The notes beneath the pieces were generated by a model. That model made no database searches. It worked only from the letters and a program-made list of their open reading frames with translations, and was not told the DNA's origin. Both the position numbers and the translations under genes were made by a program. A stretch of 64,000 bases of DNA. It comes from Azolla caroliniana. Its lineage: Eukaryota; Plantae; Polypodiophyta. Below are positions 38,653-51,145 of this stretch, piece after piece. The stretch spans positions 10,416,001 through 10,480,000 of the forward strand of contig JBHGNT010000009.1 in the NCBI GenBank assembly GCA_043228905.1, given 5' to 3'. Every line of letters starts with the position of its first letter. The stretch's first letter is position 1.

Positions 38653-41600
38653 TCACTCCGGAATGGGGTGTCTTACCAGTCCGATCCTCTTCCGGCATGC
38701 GTCCAGCTTGTCGGGTGTCAGCACTTTGGTCAGCATATCTGACCCGTTCTCGGCCGTGTGGATCTTCGTTAGTGCGAACTCCTGGTGATCTACTCTTTCC
38801 CAGATCCAGTGATACCTCCGCTGGATATGCTTCGTCCGGGAATGGTAGGCCGCATTCTTAGCAAGGTGGATGGCACTTTGACTGTCGCAGTAGAGTCGGT
38901 ATTCCTCTTGTCGGATACCGAGCTCTCCGATGAAGTCCTTCATCCATAATATTTCCTTGCCGGCTTCCACAGCCGCCATGTACTCCGCCTCTGTGGTTGA
39001 CAATGCAACCGTCTTCTGCAGCCTCGACTGCCACGAAACAGCTCCCCCTGCATATGTCATCACATACCCGGATGTAGACCGACTGGTATCCACATCAGCC
39101 GACATGTCCGAATCGGTGAAACCGTCCAGTTGAGGTTTTCCAGAGCCGAATCGGAGACACATATTTGAAGTGCCCTTCAAATACCGGAGTATCCATTTGA
39201 CCGTGTTCCAATGCTCCTTGCCGGGATAACTCATGAACCGGCTCACCACTCCGACTGCGTATCCTATATCCGGTCGGGTACACACCATAGCGTACATCAA
39301 GCTCCCGACGGCAGAGGCATATGGAATCTTCATCATATCCGCCTTCTCTGCTTTCGTCTTCGGGCTTTGCTTGCCGGATAGCCTGTAGTTTGCCGGAAGT
39401 GTCGATCCGACCGGTTTCGCTTTTGACATGTTGAACCGGTGAAGCACCTTTGTCACATACTTCTCCTGTGACAGCCATAGTTGCTTCTTTAACCGGTCCC
39501 GAATGATGTGCATCCCCAACATCTGTCTTGCCGGACCCAAGTCTTTCATTGAGAAGGTCCGGTTGAGAGCCTTCTTCAGCATCCGTATTTTGACTTGGTC
39601 ACGTCCGACGATCAACATGTCATCCACGTATAGGAGGAGTATTAAGAAGTCGCCTCCTTCGAACTTCTTCACAAACACACAGTGATCGGCCTGTGTCTTG
39701 TGGTACCCTTGATCGGTCATGAAGGAGTCGAACTTCCAGTACCATTGCCGGGGAGCCTACTTCAGTCCGTACAGGCTCTTCTTCAACCGGCATACCAGGT
39801 GCTCCTTCCCTTTCTCCACAAATCCTTCCGGTTGCTGCATGTAGATCTCCTCTTCGAGGTCGCCGTGAAGGAATGTCGTCTTCACGTCCAGCTGCTCTAC
39901 CTCGAGGTCCATGCTTGCCGCTACACTCAGCACCGTCCGGATGGAGGTCATCTTTACTACCGGGGCAAATATCTCGTCGAAGTCCACGCCCTTCTTCTGC
40001 TGGAACCCCTTCACCACGATCCTGGCTTTGTATCTCGGGGGGTTGCCGACGTCTCCCAGTTTCAACTTGTACACCCACTTATTTCGGAGTGCCCGCTTTC
40101 CTTTCGGCAACTCAACCAATTCGTACGTATGGTTCTCATGCAGGGAATCCATCTCGTCCTGCATGGCACTTAACCATTTTCGGCTGTGGGTGTCCTCATT
40201 CGCTTCTTCGAAGCTTTCCGGCTCTCCCTCATCGGTCAGCAGCACATGCTCTGCATCCGGAAATCTCCGGGGGGCCCTTCTCTCTCTGAGAGGATATCTA
40301 CGTCTTCGGGCTTCGGTAACCGGCTCCTCCATTTGCTCTTCATCCGAATCCGATTCGGGGTCTTGGCCGGTTCCGGTTTCAGCTTCCTCTACTTCTTCTT
40401 CTGCCGGTTCGGTATCCTCACCGTAACCGGCTGGTTCCTCGAGTGCTAACCGGTCTCTTGCCGGTTGGGTCTGCTCATCGTAGAGTCTATCCTTACCGGT
40501 CGACTCAGAGTTCATTATCTTCTTCTCCGACTCCCAGTCAGCGAGCGTCTTGTCCTCCATGAAGATAATATCTCGACTCCGGAATACCTTCTTGTCGACC
40601 GGGTCCCACACTTGGTAGCCGAACTCATCGTCACCGTAACCGAGGAATATGCATGGCCGGGTCTTTGGATCTAACTTACCTCTCTGGTCCTTAGCTACAT
40701 GCACGTAAGCGAGACACCCGAACACCTTCAGATGCCGGTAGGATACTTCCTTACCGGTCCACACTCTCTGTGGCGTGTCTCCGTCCAAGGGTACTGAGGG
40801 TGATCTATTTATCACGTATGTCGCCGTCGACAGTGCCTTAGCCCAAAACTTCTTGGGTAGTTTTGCATGCGCTAGCATACTCCAGACCCTCTCCATTATG
40901 GTCCGGTTCATCCTCTCGGCCAGTCCGTTTAGTTCCGGCATCTTCGGCACGGTAAATTCGAGCCAGATTCCCTTCGAGCGGTAGTACTCCTCGAACTGCC
41001 CCCGGTACTCTCCTCCGTTATCTGCTCGAACCGCCTTCAGCTTCCGGCCGGTTTCTCTTTCCACTCTCGCGTGGAGCTCTTTGAAGACGGATAACACCTG
41101 ATCCTTCGTCTTCAACGGTGTGGCCCATAGCGCTGTGGTCATCTATGAACGTCACGAAGTATTGCGCTCCGGCATGTGACTTCGTGTCTACTTGACACAC
41201 ATCCGTATGCACCAACTCCAGTGGTGCATTACGTCTCATCGGTGGCCTTGCTCGGAAGGAGGTCCGGTTCTGCTTGCCGGCCAGACAATCAGTGCACTTC
41301 TCTAAGTGCACGTTCTTCACTGGAATGAGGTTGTCGTCTGCAAGCCTCTTCATCCCCTTCTCGCTCATATGACACAGCCTCTTGTGCCACAGCTCACCGG
41401 CAGTGTCGGATGCCACGTTCACTTCTTCCGGACATAACCGGGCATTCATCAGGTACAATGTGTTTACCTTCCGGGCCCGAGCCACAATCAGGCTCCCTTT
41501 GCTGAACTTCATGACACCATTCTGGATGCTACCCGTGTAGCCTTCATCATCTAGCCGATCGGCTGATATCAGGTTCAAACCAACTTCCGGAACGTGTCGG

Positions 41601-42679
41601 ACATCCTTCAGCAGCAACTTTCATCCGGTTCGTGTTGATAGCCACACATCTCCTATGCCGACAATTCGGCATGTACCTTCATTCCCCATCCGGACACAGC
41701 CGTGGTCACCAGCTGAGTAGGATGAGAAGCATTTCCGGTCCGGGGTAAGGTGGAACGACGCTCCGGAGTCTACCACCCAGGTCATCTCGTCGCCGGCAAG
41801 GTTTATCTCACTCTCCTCGGTGATGAGCATCAACTCTTCTTCACTTGCCATGATTGCCGTCGTTCCCTTCCGGTCTTTACCGTTCCGGTCCGGGGTCCGC
41901 TTCGAATCGGTACCGTCGGTTTCCTTGTCTTTACGGAAATGCCGACAGTTCTTTTGGAAGTGTCCCGGCTTGCCGCAACAGAAGCAAGTAGGTCTCCCCC
42001 TTGACTTTGACCGTGTCCCCGACTTCTCCCGGTTCTGGGGACTACGGTTTCTATGTCTTCCGCGTTCCGATTCGGTAAGGAGCGCTTTGGAGTCGGAGCT
42101 CGTATCTTTATCCTTCCGACGCGCCTCCTCATCTAGCAAGCTCGACTTTACTCTTGCTAGGGATAACCGCTTTCCTTCCGGCCCGGCGTTGCCCAAAGTG
42201 ACAACCAACGTCTCCCAGCTATCCGAGAGGGTACCGAGCAGGAGTAGCGCTAGTACCTCGTCGGCAAGAGGTACTTCCAATGACGTTGCCTGGTGGATCA
42301 GCCCCTGGAAGGCATTCATGTGCTCCGCCATGCTGGAGCCATCTTGGTACCGGAGTCTTACTAGTTTCCGGAATACCGACACCTGATTGACAGCATTTTT
42401 GTTCTGGAGCATTATGCCGATCTTCTCCCAGAGCTCATGAGCCTTGCTCTCTTCAATGAAGTTGTTGTATAGGCTCATGTCGATGAAGCACCGTATGTAC
42501 GCCGTTGTCTTCATGTGCATCACCTCCCATATCGCGGCGTCGATTTTGTCCGGTCTCTTGTCCCCGAACTGAACCGGCAGCCAGAGGTCTTTAACAACGA
42601 GCATGTCCCTCATCTTCGACTTCCACACTGAATAGTTGGAGCCGGTGAGCTTGAACATGCCGCCAAACGATTCGTCCAT
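38653..42679 (-). pseudogene. Near-intact gag-pol of the Tork-like copia
   Basis: MDESFGGMFKL, CFCCGKPGHFQKNC, WVVDSGAS, LWHKRLCH, DNGGEY, LLYVDDML. Visible lesions: stop at 41621, frameshift near 41130, stop at 39757. Confidence 0.95.
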
Positions 42680-43181
42680 TTTCTGTGTCGATTTCGTTCT
42701 GATACCACTTGACGGGAACTTGTCGTTCCTTATGCGCAACGCTCGGCCACAACCGAGATTCTTTTCATACACAGAAAACGAGAAGTGAAGCGCGACACAA
42801 AGGAGAGGAAGATACACAGGAGGTTAACGTGGAAAACCCCAAACTAGGGGAAAAACCACGGCAGCCCACAGGCTGCAAACTGTCACTATGTATGAATGTA
42901 CAAAACAGTGAGTTCACGGAGGCAACGACCTCGGACTCACAATCTTCGCCACAAGCGGCGGTTACAACAGAGGCTACGACCTCTTTCTCTCTCTCTCTGT
43001 ACAACGTTACGTGCTCTCTGTTCTTCTTGCACCAACAAAAAAAAAAAACAACATAATATTAGTTTGCCCTAAGTCATATTTATACTAATATGACTTTTCG
43101 GCTATTTACAAATATAGCCACGATGGGCTCTCAGAAACATATTTACGAATATGTCTCTTCCTCCGGTTCATACCGGGTCTG

Positions 43182-43370
43182 CACCATCCGGCTCTCCGTA
43201 GCCGGGTACTCCTCATCCGGTTCGTACCGGGTCTGCACCATCCGGCTCTCCGTAGCTGGGTACTCCTCATCCGGTTCGTACCGGGCCTGCACCATCCGGC
43301 TCTCCGTAGCCGGGTACTCCTCATCCGGTTCGTACCGGGCCTGCACCATCCAGCTCTCCGTAGCCGGGGT
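43182..43370. repeat. 54-bp tandem repeat in U3 of the 5' LTR, about 3.5 copies
   Basis: Same unit as 38137-38540. Confidence 0.95.
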
Positions 43371-44849
43371 CCTCCTCATACGGTTTCGGCATCGGCCTAT
43401 CGGCCTCGGCCGAGTTTGTTCATCGTCGTTGATCTTCTCCCTTCCCATCCGGAGGGACCTGTCTCCCAACACCGACTAATTGTTCGGCTACCCTAGTATG
43501 ATACAAGAATGCCTTGTCCTTAGTGCCAGTTACATATCGTAAGATCCTTTGTGTGCAGTGAAGATGTTCTTCTTCGGCTGCAACATAAATTGATTGTTCA
43601 ATCTAGCAGGATAGTTGAGGTCTGGCTGGCTGATGTTCAAGTAAATTAGGCTTCTGACAATCTGTCGGAACCGTGTTAGGTCACATACCTTTCCCGATTC
43701 AGGGCGAAGATTCACATTCCTGTCCAGAGGAGTTGAGATGGATTTACAAAACGTCATCCCAAGCTTGAAGAACATACTCAACAAATAATGTCATTAGCTG
43801 ACCAATATGCCCTCGGAGGTATGGATCACTTCTATCCCAAGGAAGTAATGAAGGCCCCCCAGATCCTTCATTTCGAATGATGCCGCAAGCTGAGACTTGA
43901 CTCGGCTGATTTCTTCAAGATCAGCATCCGTGATGACTAAATCATCGACATATAGCAGAATACTTTGTGTTTTCTTCGTGTTCCAGGCACGTGGGACTTG
44001 CTTAAGTCCGTAGAGGGATTTCGTGATGAGAAAGAAATCTTCAATCCACAACAAAAGGCATATGTTGAAATACACAACTTTGAAACACAGAAAACAATGT
44101 ACACAAATTTAAGATGGAAAACCCTAAAGCAGGAGAAAACCACGGAGAATGGAGCTTCACTATATAGCGGATATACGACAATGAGATCAAAGTACAACAC
44201 TCTCTACACAGAGTGTAAACAACCTCACAGGGCTCTTGGCGTATGCTGTTTCTATAACACAACTATGGCGTTGCTCACTCACTCGCACTTCCAAACACTG
44301 TCTTCTCTATATCACTACGCTATAGAGGCTCACCCATGTATTGCTACATGTTTTGTTTGCCCTAGGTGTATTTATACTAATATACAAAATGGGCTATTTA
44401 CAATCATGGCCATTATTATCCAATAATAATAATAATAATAATCTTACTAATCAACCGACTCATTCGTCGACTGTCAGGTCAGTCCGACTAGTTGGCTTGG
44501 TTATCGGCCATATGGTCGGCCCGACTAGCCAGTTGTGTCTTTGACCTCTATCAACTCTCTCCGAGTAGTCAACTCCTCCCAGTGGAGGGACATATTCCTA
44601 ACAAACTCACCCTTCACTCGTGTGGAGAAGAGTCCATTATTCTTGTCCTCTATTGATAGACTCTAAGTCGGTCCATCGGTAGGTTCTTTGTCAGCATGTC
44701 GGATCCATTGTCATCAGTATGGATCTTCACGAGGGTAAACTCTCCTTCTTTGACATTCTCCCATAACCAGTGATACCTTCTCTATATGTGCTTGGTCCGA
44801 GAGTGGTATGTAGCATTCTTGGCTAGATATATGGCACTCTAGCTGTCAC

Positions 44850-45385
44850 TGTTGGGAAATAGGTCCCTCTGGATAGGACCCCGTGATGAATGAAGAGGAC
44901 CTGGTGAGAACCATAAGAGATTTGGAAACCGGAGGAGACCCGGTGAGAACCGGAAGAGAGACATATCTGTAAATATGTTTTGAGCAAGCCTATTGAGGCT
45001 ATATTTGTAAATAGCCCTAAGTTCATATAAGTATAAATATGACTTAGGGCAATCACTATATGTGTGTGTGTTGTTATTGTTGTTGATATATTGTTGTACA
45101 GAGAGAGAGTGTGAGATATAGAGAAATACTCTGTTGTAACCGCCGGTTGGCGAAGCAACAGAGCTCGAGGTCGTTGCCTCCAAGTCTCTGATTGTACCCT
45201 CGTTTCTTCATAGTGATATTTGGAGTCTGTGGGCTCCCGTGGTTTTTCCCATTCAAGGTTTTACACGTAAATGTCCTATGTAATCTCTTTTGTCTGTACA
45301 TCTATTCCCATTCCTGTGTTGCACTCTTATCGAAGTAATTCAAGACTCGGTTGTGGCCGAGTAGTATTCCACACTATTCCTCACA
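44850..45385 (+). mobile_element. Solo LTR, Tork-like
   Basis: TG...CA termini, TSD GTCAC; similar to the LTRs at 54858 and 57592. Confidence 0.93.
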
Positions 45386-46212
45386 GTCACAACGAAGCAA
45401 GAAATCCCTTTGCGTAATCCCCAACTCGCTGAGAAAGTTTCTCATCCAAATCAGGTCCTTGCCGGCCTTTACCGCTACCATGTACTCTGCCTCTATTGTC
45501 GACAAGGCTACAGACTTCTGCGGTCGTGACTACCAGGACACTACTCCCCCTGCATATGTCATCACGTACCCTGACGTGGATCGTCTTGAGTCTCTATCCC
45601 CCGACATGTCTGAGTCAGTAAACCCTTCGAGCATGGGTTTTCCGATACCATACTTAAGACACACACCTGAGGTGCCTTTTAAGTACCTGAGTATCCATTT
45701 CACCGATGCCCGGTGTTCTCGTCCGGGATTACTCAAGCAACAGGTATGTCTGGTCTCGTGCAGACCATAACATACATTAGACTGCCGACAGCTGAGGCAT
45801 ATGGTACTTTCCTCATCTCAGCCTTTTCTTTCTCCCCTCTCGGGCATTGGTTTGCATTTAACTTGCAGTTAGTCGGTAACACAGAGCCAATCGGCTTTGC
45901 TTCCGACATATTGAATCTTCCTAGGATCTTAGTCACATATTTCTGTTGTGACAACCACAACACTTTCTTAGTTCTATCTCGAATTATATGCATCCCTAAG
46001 ATCTATTTAGCTGGTCCAAGATCTTTCATGGCAAATGATTTGCCTAGAGCTTTCTTCAAGCTTCCGATCTTCCTTGTATCTTGAGCGACTATCAACATGT
46101 CATCTACATATAACAATGAAGAAGTCACCTTCATTGTACCTTTTGACGAACACACAATGATCAACCTGTGTTTTTTGGAACCTATGTTCCACCATGAAGG
46201 ACGCGAACTTCT

Positions 46213-46898
46213 TGTTAGGAAACAGGTCCCTCCGGATGGGAAGTGAGAAGAACAGTGTTGATGAGCAACTCGGCCTCGGCCGAATCCGGATGGGATATGA
46301 GTACCCGACAAGGAAGACCCGGTGAGAACCGAATGACAAGTACCCGGCAAGGAAGACCCGGTGAGAACCGGATGATGCAGACTCGGTGATAACCGGATGA
46401 CGAGTACCCGGCAAGGAAGACCCGATGAGAACTGGATGTTGCAGGCCCGGTGAGGGACATATATATAAATATGTTCTAGAGAGCCCACTCGGGGCTATAT
46501 TTGTAAATAGCCCGAAAGTCATATTGGTATAAATATGACCTACGGCAAACTTAATAGTGTGGATGATAGAGTTATTTGTGTAACTTCTATACAGTGCGTA
46601 AGAGAGAGAGAGAGCGATATACAGAGATTGTGTCTCTGTTATAACCGCCGCTAGGCGAAGATTGTGAGCAAGAGTTCGTTGCCTCTATGTTCCCTGTTGT
46701 ATTACTTTACATAGTGATAGTTTGGAGTCAGTGGACTCTCGTGGTTTTTCCCTCTCAGGGTTTTCCACGTTAATATCCTGTGTATTCTCTTTCGGTTTTG
46801 TGTACTTACCTCCATTCCCATTTCTTCTGTGTTTTGATTGTCATCAAGTGATCTACGCTTCGGTTGAAACTGGAAATTAATCCACGTATTTCTCGACA
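46213..46898 (+). mobile_element. Solo LTR, Tork-like, with degenerate U3 repeats
   Basis: TG...CA termini, TSD CTTCT; repeated AGTACCCGGCAAGGAAGACCCG motif. Confidence 0.93.
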
Positions 46899-49800
46899 CT
46901 TCTTGTACCATTGGCATGGAGCTTGTTTCAACCCATACGAGCTTTTCTTCAGTCGACACACCATGCTCTCTTTCGCTTTCTCCTCAAAACCTTCGGGTTG
47001 CTGCATGTAAATCTCCTTATTCAGCTCCCCATGCAAGAATGTTGTCTTGACATCCAACTATTTGATCTCTAGTTCCATACTAGTAGCTATGCTCAGAACA
47101 ATTCTAATGGATGTCATCTTCATGACTGGAGCGAATATTTCGTCGAAGTCAACACCCTTTTTCTGTTGGAACCCTTTCACTACTATGCGGGCTATATACT
47201 TGGGCACATTGTTGACTTCTCCATTCTTTACCTTGTAGACCCATTTATTCGTGAGTGCTCTATTACCTTTTGACAGCTCTACTAGGTCAGAGGTATCATT
47301 CTCATGCAAAGAATCCATCTCATCTTGTAGATCGCTCAACCATTTCTCTCTGTGCTTGTCGGCAATGGTTTCATCATAGCACTCTAGCTCACCTTCATAA
47401 GTCGAGAGGATATATTGACTGGCATATGTTGTCAATGCTCTCCTTTCTCTAAGTGGGTATCTCCTTCCACTCATTGTCAGCTTTAGTTCGATTCGAATAC
47501 CTTGGGGCTTGCAATATTCCTCGAACGGCCCTTTATATTCGCCACCGTTGTCGGTTCAAACAACCTTCAACTTCTGACCTGACTCCTGTTCAGCTCTTGC
47601 CTGAAACTCCGTGAAAAAAGATAGTACTTGATCTTTTGACTTTAGTACGAAAGCCCACAATTTCCGATTGTAGTCATCGACGTAAGTCACAAAATATTGT
47701 CCACCTCGATGCAACAAAGCATCTACATCAAACACGTCTGTGTGTACTAGTTCTAGTGCAACTTCTCTTCTTCTTGGTGGCAGTGTGTGGAATGCTTCTC
47801 TGTTTTGCCTTCCGACTAAGCAGTCAAGACACTTCTCGAGGTGCACTCCCTTTACTTTTGGCAGAAGCTATTGTTCGGCCAATAGATCTAGTCCCTTCTC
47901 ACTCATGTGGCCTAGCCTCTTATGCCATATTTGTCCAGCCGAGTCGGCTGCCACATTCACTTCCGCCTTGCTCAGTTGGGCTTGCATCATATACAATGTG
48001 CCTTCCTTCTTCCCTCGGGCCACTATAAGATTTCCTTGGCAGAACTTCCACTTGCCATTCCGAAAACTACTATTGTAGCCTTCATCGTCCAATCTTCCAG
48101 TCGATATCATCGGGGATGTGTCGAACATCCTTCAGAGTCAATCGGCACCTTGTCGTCGTTGTCAGGCAGACACTTCCGATTCCGGCTATCTTGCACTCCC
48201 CACTATCACCCATCTTTACATAACCATGATCATCGGCTATGTAAGTCGAGAAATACTCTCTCAACGGAGTTATGTGGAAGGATGCACTAGAGTCGATCAC
48301 CCAAGTGCATTCTTCGTTTACAAGATTTGCACTTGTCTGTTCACAAATGAACAAAAGTTCTTCATTGCTCATAACACTGGCTGAAGTGTACTTTTCTTCA
48401 GGAATCTTCCTGGGTTCGACATTATTACTGACACTCCTTTCCCTTTTAAGGTGTCGGAAGTCCTTCTGGAAATGTCTAGGATTTCCACAATAAAAGCACA
48501 CAAACTTTCCTCTGGACTTCGACCTTGCTTGAGACTTTTCTCTCCTTGGTGGACTTCTTTGTTGGTTCCTTCCTCTACTGATGTGTTGAGTCAAATTTGA
48601 CTCCGACTGGACTAGAACACCCTTGTTCTTCCTTCTCGCTTGTAAAGACAAGTTCACTTCTTGACAAGAGGTGTTGAGAGTAACCACCCGATTCTCCCAG
48701 CTATCTGGCAGTGTGCACATCAGCAGGATTGCCTGCATAACATCATCAAGGGGAAACTTGGTTGCAACAAGTTGATTTACATACCCCATGAATGTGCTAA
48801 TGTGTTCGACGACCCTCTCACCGTCTCTATATTTCAGCCATACAATCTTTCTCAACAGTGAGGTTTTATTGAGGGAGTTCTTCCTCTCATATAGACCTAC
48901 CAGCTTTTGGCACATCTCGTGGGCATTTGTGTTGCACGCCGCATGTTGAAGGACACTTACATCAACACACTGTCGGATGGTGGCCACCGCCTTTCTATTA
49001 AGAAGTTTCCACTGCGACTCTCATACCCCCATGGGTATTTCTACTCTATCGATCGGCTCATACAAGTCTTTGACTCTTAGGAGGTCCTCCATCGTTATCT
49101 ACCAGTCTGCATAGTTTTTAGAGCTTAGAACTATCATTCCTAGGAATCCACTCACACCTCCTTCCATGCTTGCACCTCAATCTCTGATACCAGTTTCATG
49201 AGAAATGAATCATCAATCCACAACAAAAGGAATATGCTGAAATACACAACTCTGAAACACAGAAAACAATGTACACATATTTAACGTGGAAAACCCTAAA
49301 GCGGGAGAAAACCACGGAGAACGGAGCTTCACTATACAATGCATATACAACAACGAGATCAAAGTATGACACTCTCTACACAAACTGTAAACAGCCTCAT
49401 AGGGCTCTTGGCGTATGTTGTTTCTATAACACAGCTATGGCGCCACTCACTCACTCGCACTCCCACACACTCTCTTCTTTATATCACTATGCTACAAAGG
49501 CTCACCCATGTATCGCTACATGTTCTGGTTACCCTAGGCGTATTTATACTAATATACAGAATAGGTTATATACAATCATGGCCATTATTGTTATCCAATA
49601 ATAATAATAATAGTCTTACTTATCAGTCCACTCATTCGTTGACTATTGGGTCGTTCTGATTAGTTGGCCTGGTCATCGACCATACGGAAGGGCCCGACTA
49701 GCCAGTTGTGTGTTTGACCTCGATCAACTCTATCCAAGTAGTCGGCTCCTCCCACTAGAGGGACATATTCCTAATACTTCTTCAGTCGCCAAACTGCCGA

Positions 49801-51145
49801 TGTGTTCTGTTCAGATAGAAAGCCGAAGGGTTGTACCATGTACACCTGTTCCTAAAGTTCACCTTCAGGGAACACATTCTTCACATCCATCTAATGTAAG
49901 TGCCACCCCTTTCTCACCACTACCGTTAGCAAAACACAGATGGTCGTCATCTTCGCAACCGGCATGAACATCTCAACGTAATCAATGCCGAGTTGTTGCG
50001 TGTAGGCCTTTGCCACCAATGGGCGTTATCCTTGAACTTGTACACCCACCTGCATCTGATCAACTTCACACCCTTGGAAGCGTCAACCAGGTTCCATGTC
50101 TCGTTTTCAGTTAATGCTCACATCTCCTTCTCCATAGTGGCACACCAATTCACATCTTTTGTCGTAGCAATCTAGCTCATGCACTTCCGCCACTTTCGAT
50201 ATATACACATAATGAGGCGCCATATAATCGTTGTACCCATATCAAATCATAGGGTTCTTCTAGCGGGTGGATCAATGCAACTTTTGGTTTGCTGATTTAA
50301 AGACCCTCTTGGCCGACATAGACCTCAACTCTAGAGATTCATCTTCACTCGGGCCCACTTCGGATTCACTCCGATCCAGTACATCGGCCTCGGAGCCATA
50401 CTCCGACATCTTCATTTTCCCCTTCTCCTTTCACGTAAACCATCTCCTCGGCTTCTGAAACGGGTACACCATGGTTGAGTTTCCACTACTCGTTGGCTCA
50501 TCATCCGACTGGTCATTCCGCGTTAGTCGCTCATTCGGCCCACTTAGCCGAAATGAGATCAGACTCTCTCCTAGAGCTTCAATTTCCTCTTCATTCAGGG
50601 GCATCTTAGCCTGATTGGCTTCGTCCTCTAAATTTGGAATGGACTTGATGGGGGTTGGAGGTGGAGGCAAGTAACACGAAGCTAACTTGTCGAATACGAC
50701 ATCTCAGCTTACTCGAGCCTCTTTCATTCGGGGGTTATAACACTTATAACCCTTTCACTCATCCGAGTACCACCCGACCATGATACACTTCTCGCCTTTG
50801 GCTTCTAACTTCCTCCGCTTCTCCTTCGGCACATGCACATATGCTATATTGCCGAACACCCTCAAGTGTGCCAAGTTCGGCTTCTTCCCAAAATATAGCT
50901 CATTTGGCGACACCCCTCCATTTGCAGAAGTCCGATTCTGCAAGTAAATGGCAATTTTGAACTTCAACATATGCTTCTCCTCAAGCATTTCCCTTTCCAC
51001 TTCTTGAATCTTCCGATTCTTTCTTCCGTCCACAACGTTCTACTCCGGTGTGTATCTGCGAGGGAATTCGCATCGAACTCGCTCCTTCTACAAATAACTA
51101 GAGAATTGATCGAAAAAGTACTCTTTCACTCCATCGGAGCTTACG

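Larger units (their letters stand above)
37655..43471 (-). mobile_element. Young full-length Tork/Tnt1-like Ty1/copia
   Basis: LTRs 37655-38642 and 42710-43471; TSD CCGAC; PBS TGGTATCAGAAC 42696-42707; PPT 38643-38656. Confidence 0.97.
44024..49776 (-). mobile_element. Older degenerate Tork-like copia carrying two solo LTRs
   Basis: LTRs 44024-44603 and 49196-49776; PBS TGGTATCAGAG ending at 49192; gag-PR ORF 48082-48987; degenerate TSD (TTTCG/CTTCT). Confidence 0.9.

Noticed and set aside
38095-38742. CRISPR-like array or 215-aa repeat protein
   Set aside because: Contiguous 54-bp units with no unique spacers, inside an LTR; the ORFs arise because the unit is a stop-free multiple of three.
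42680-42817. N-terminal extension of Gag (MYLPLLCVALH...)
   Set aside because: Read-through of U5/PBS; the sister element starts at the equivalent MEESFGG.
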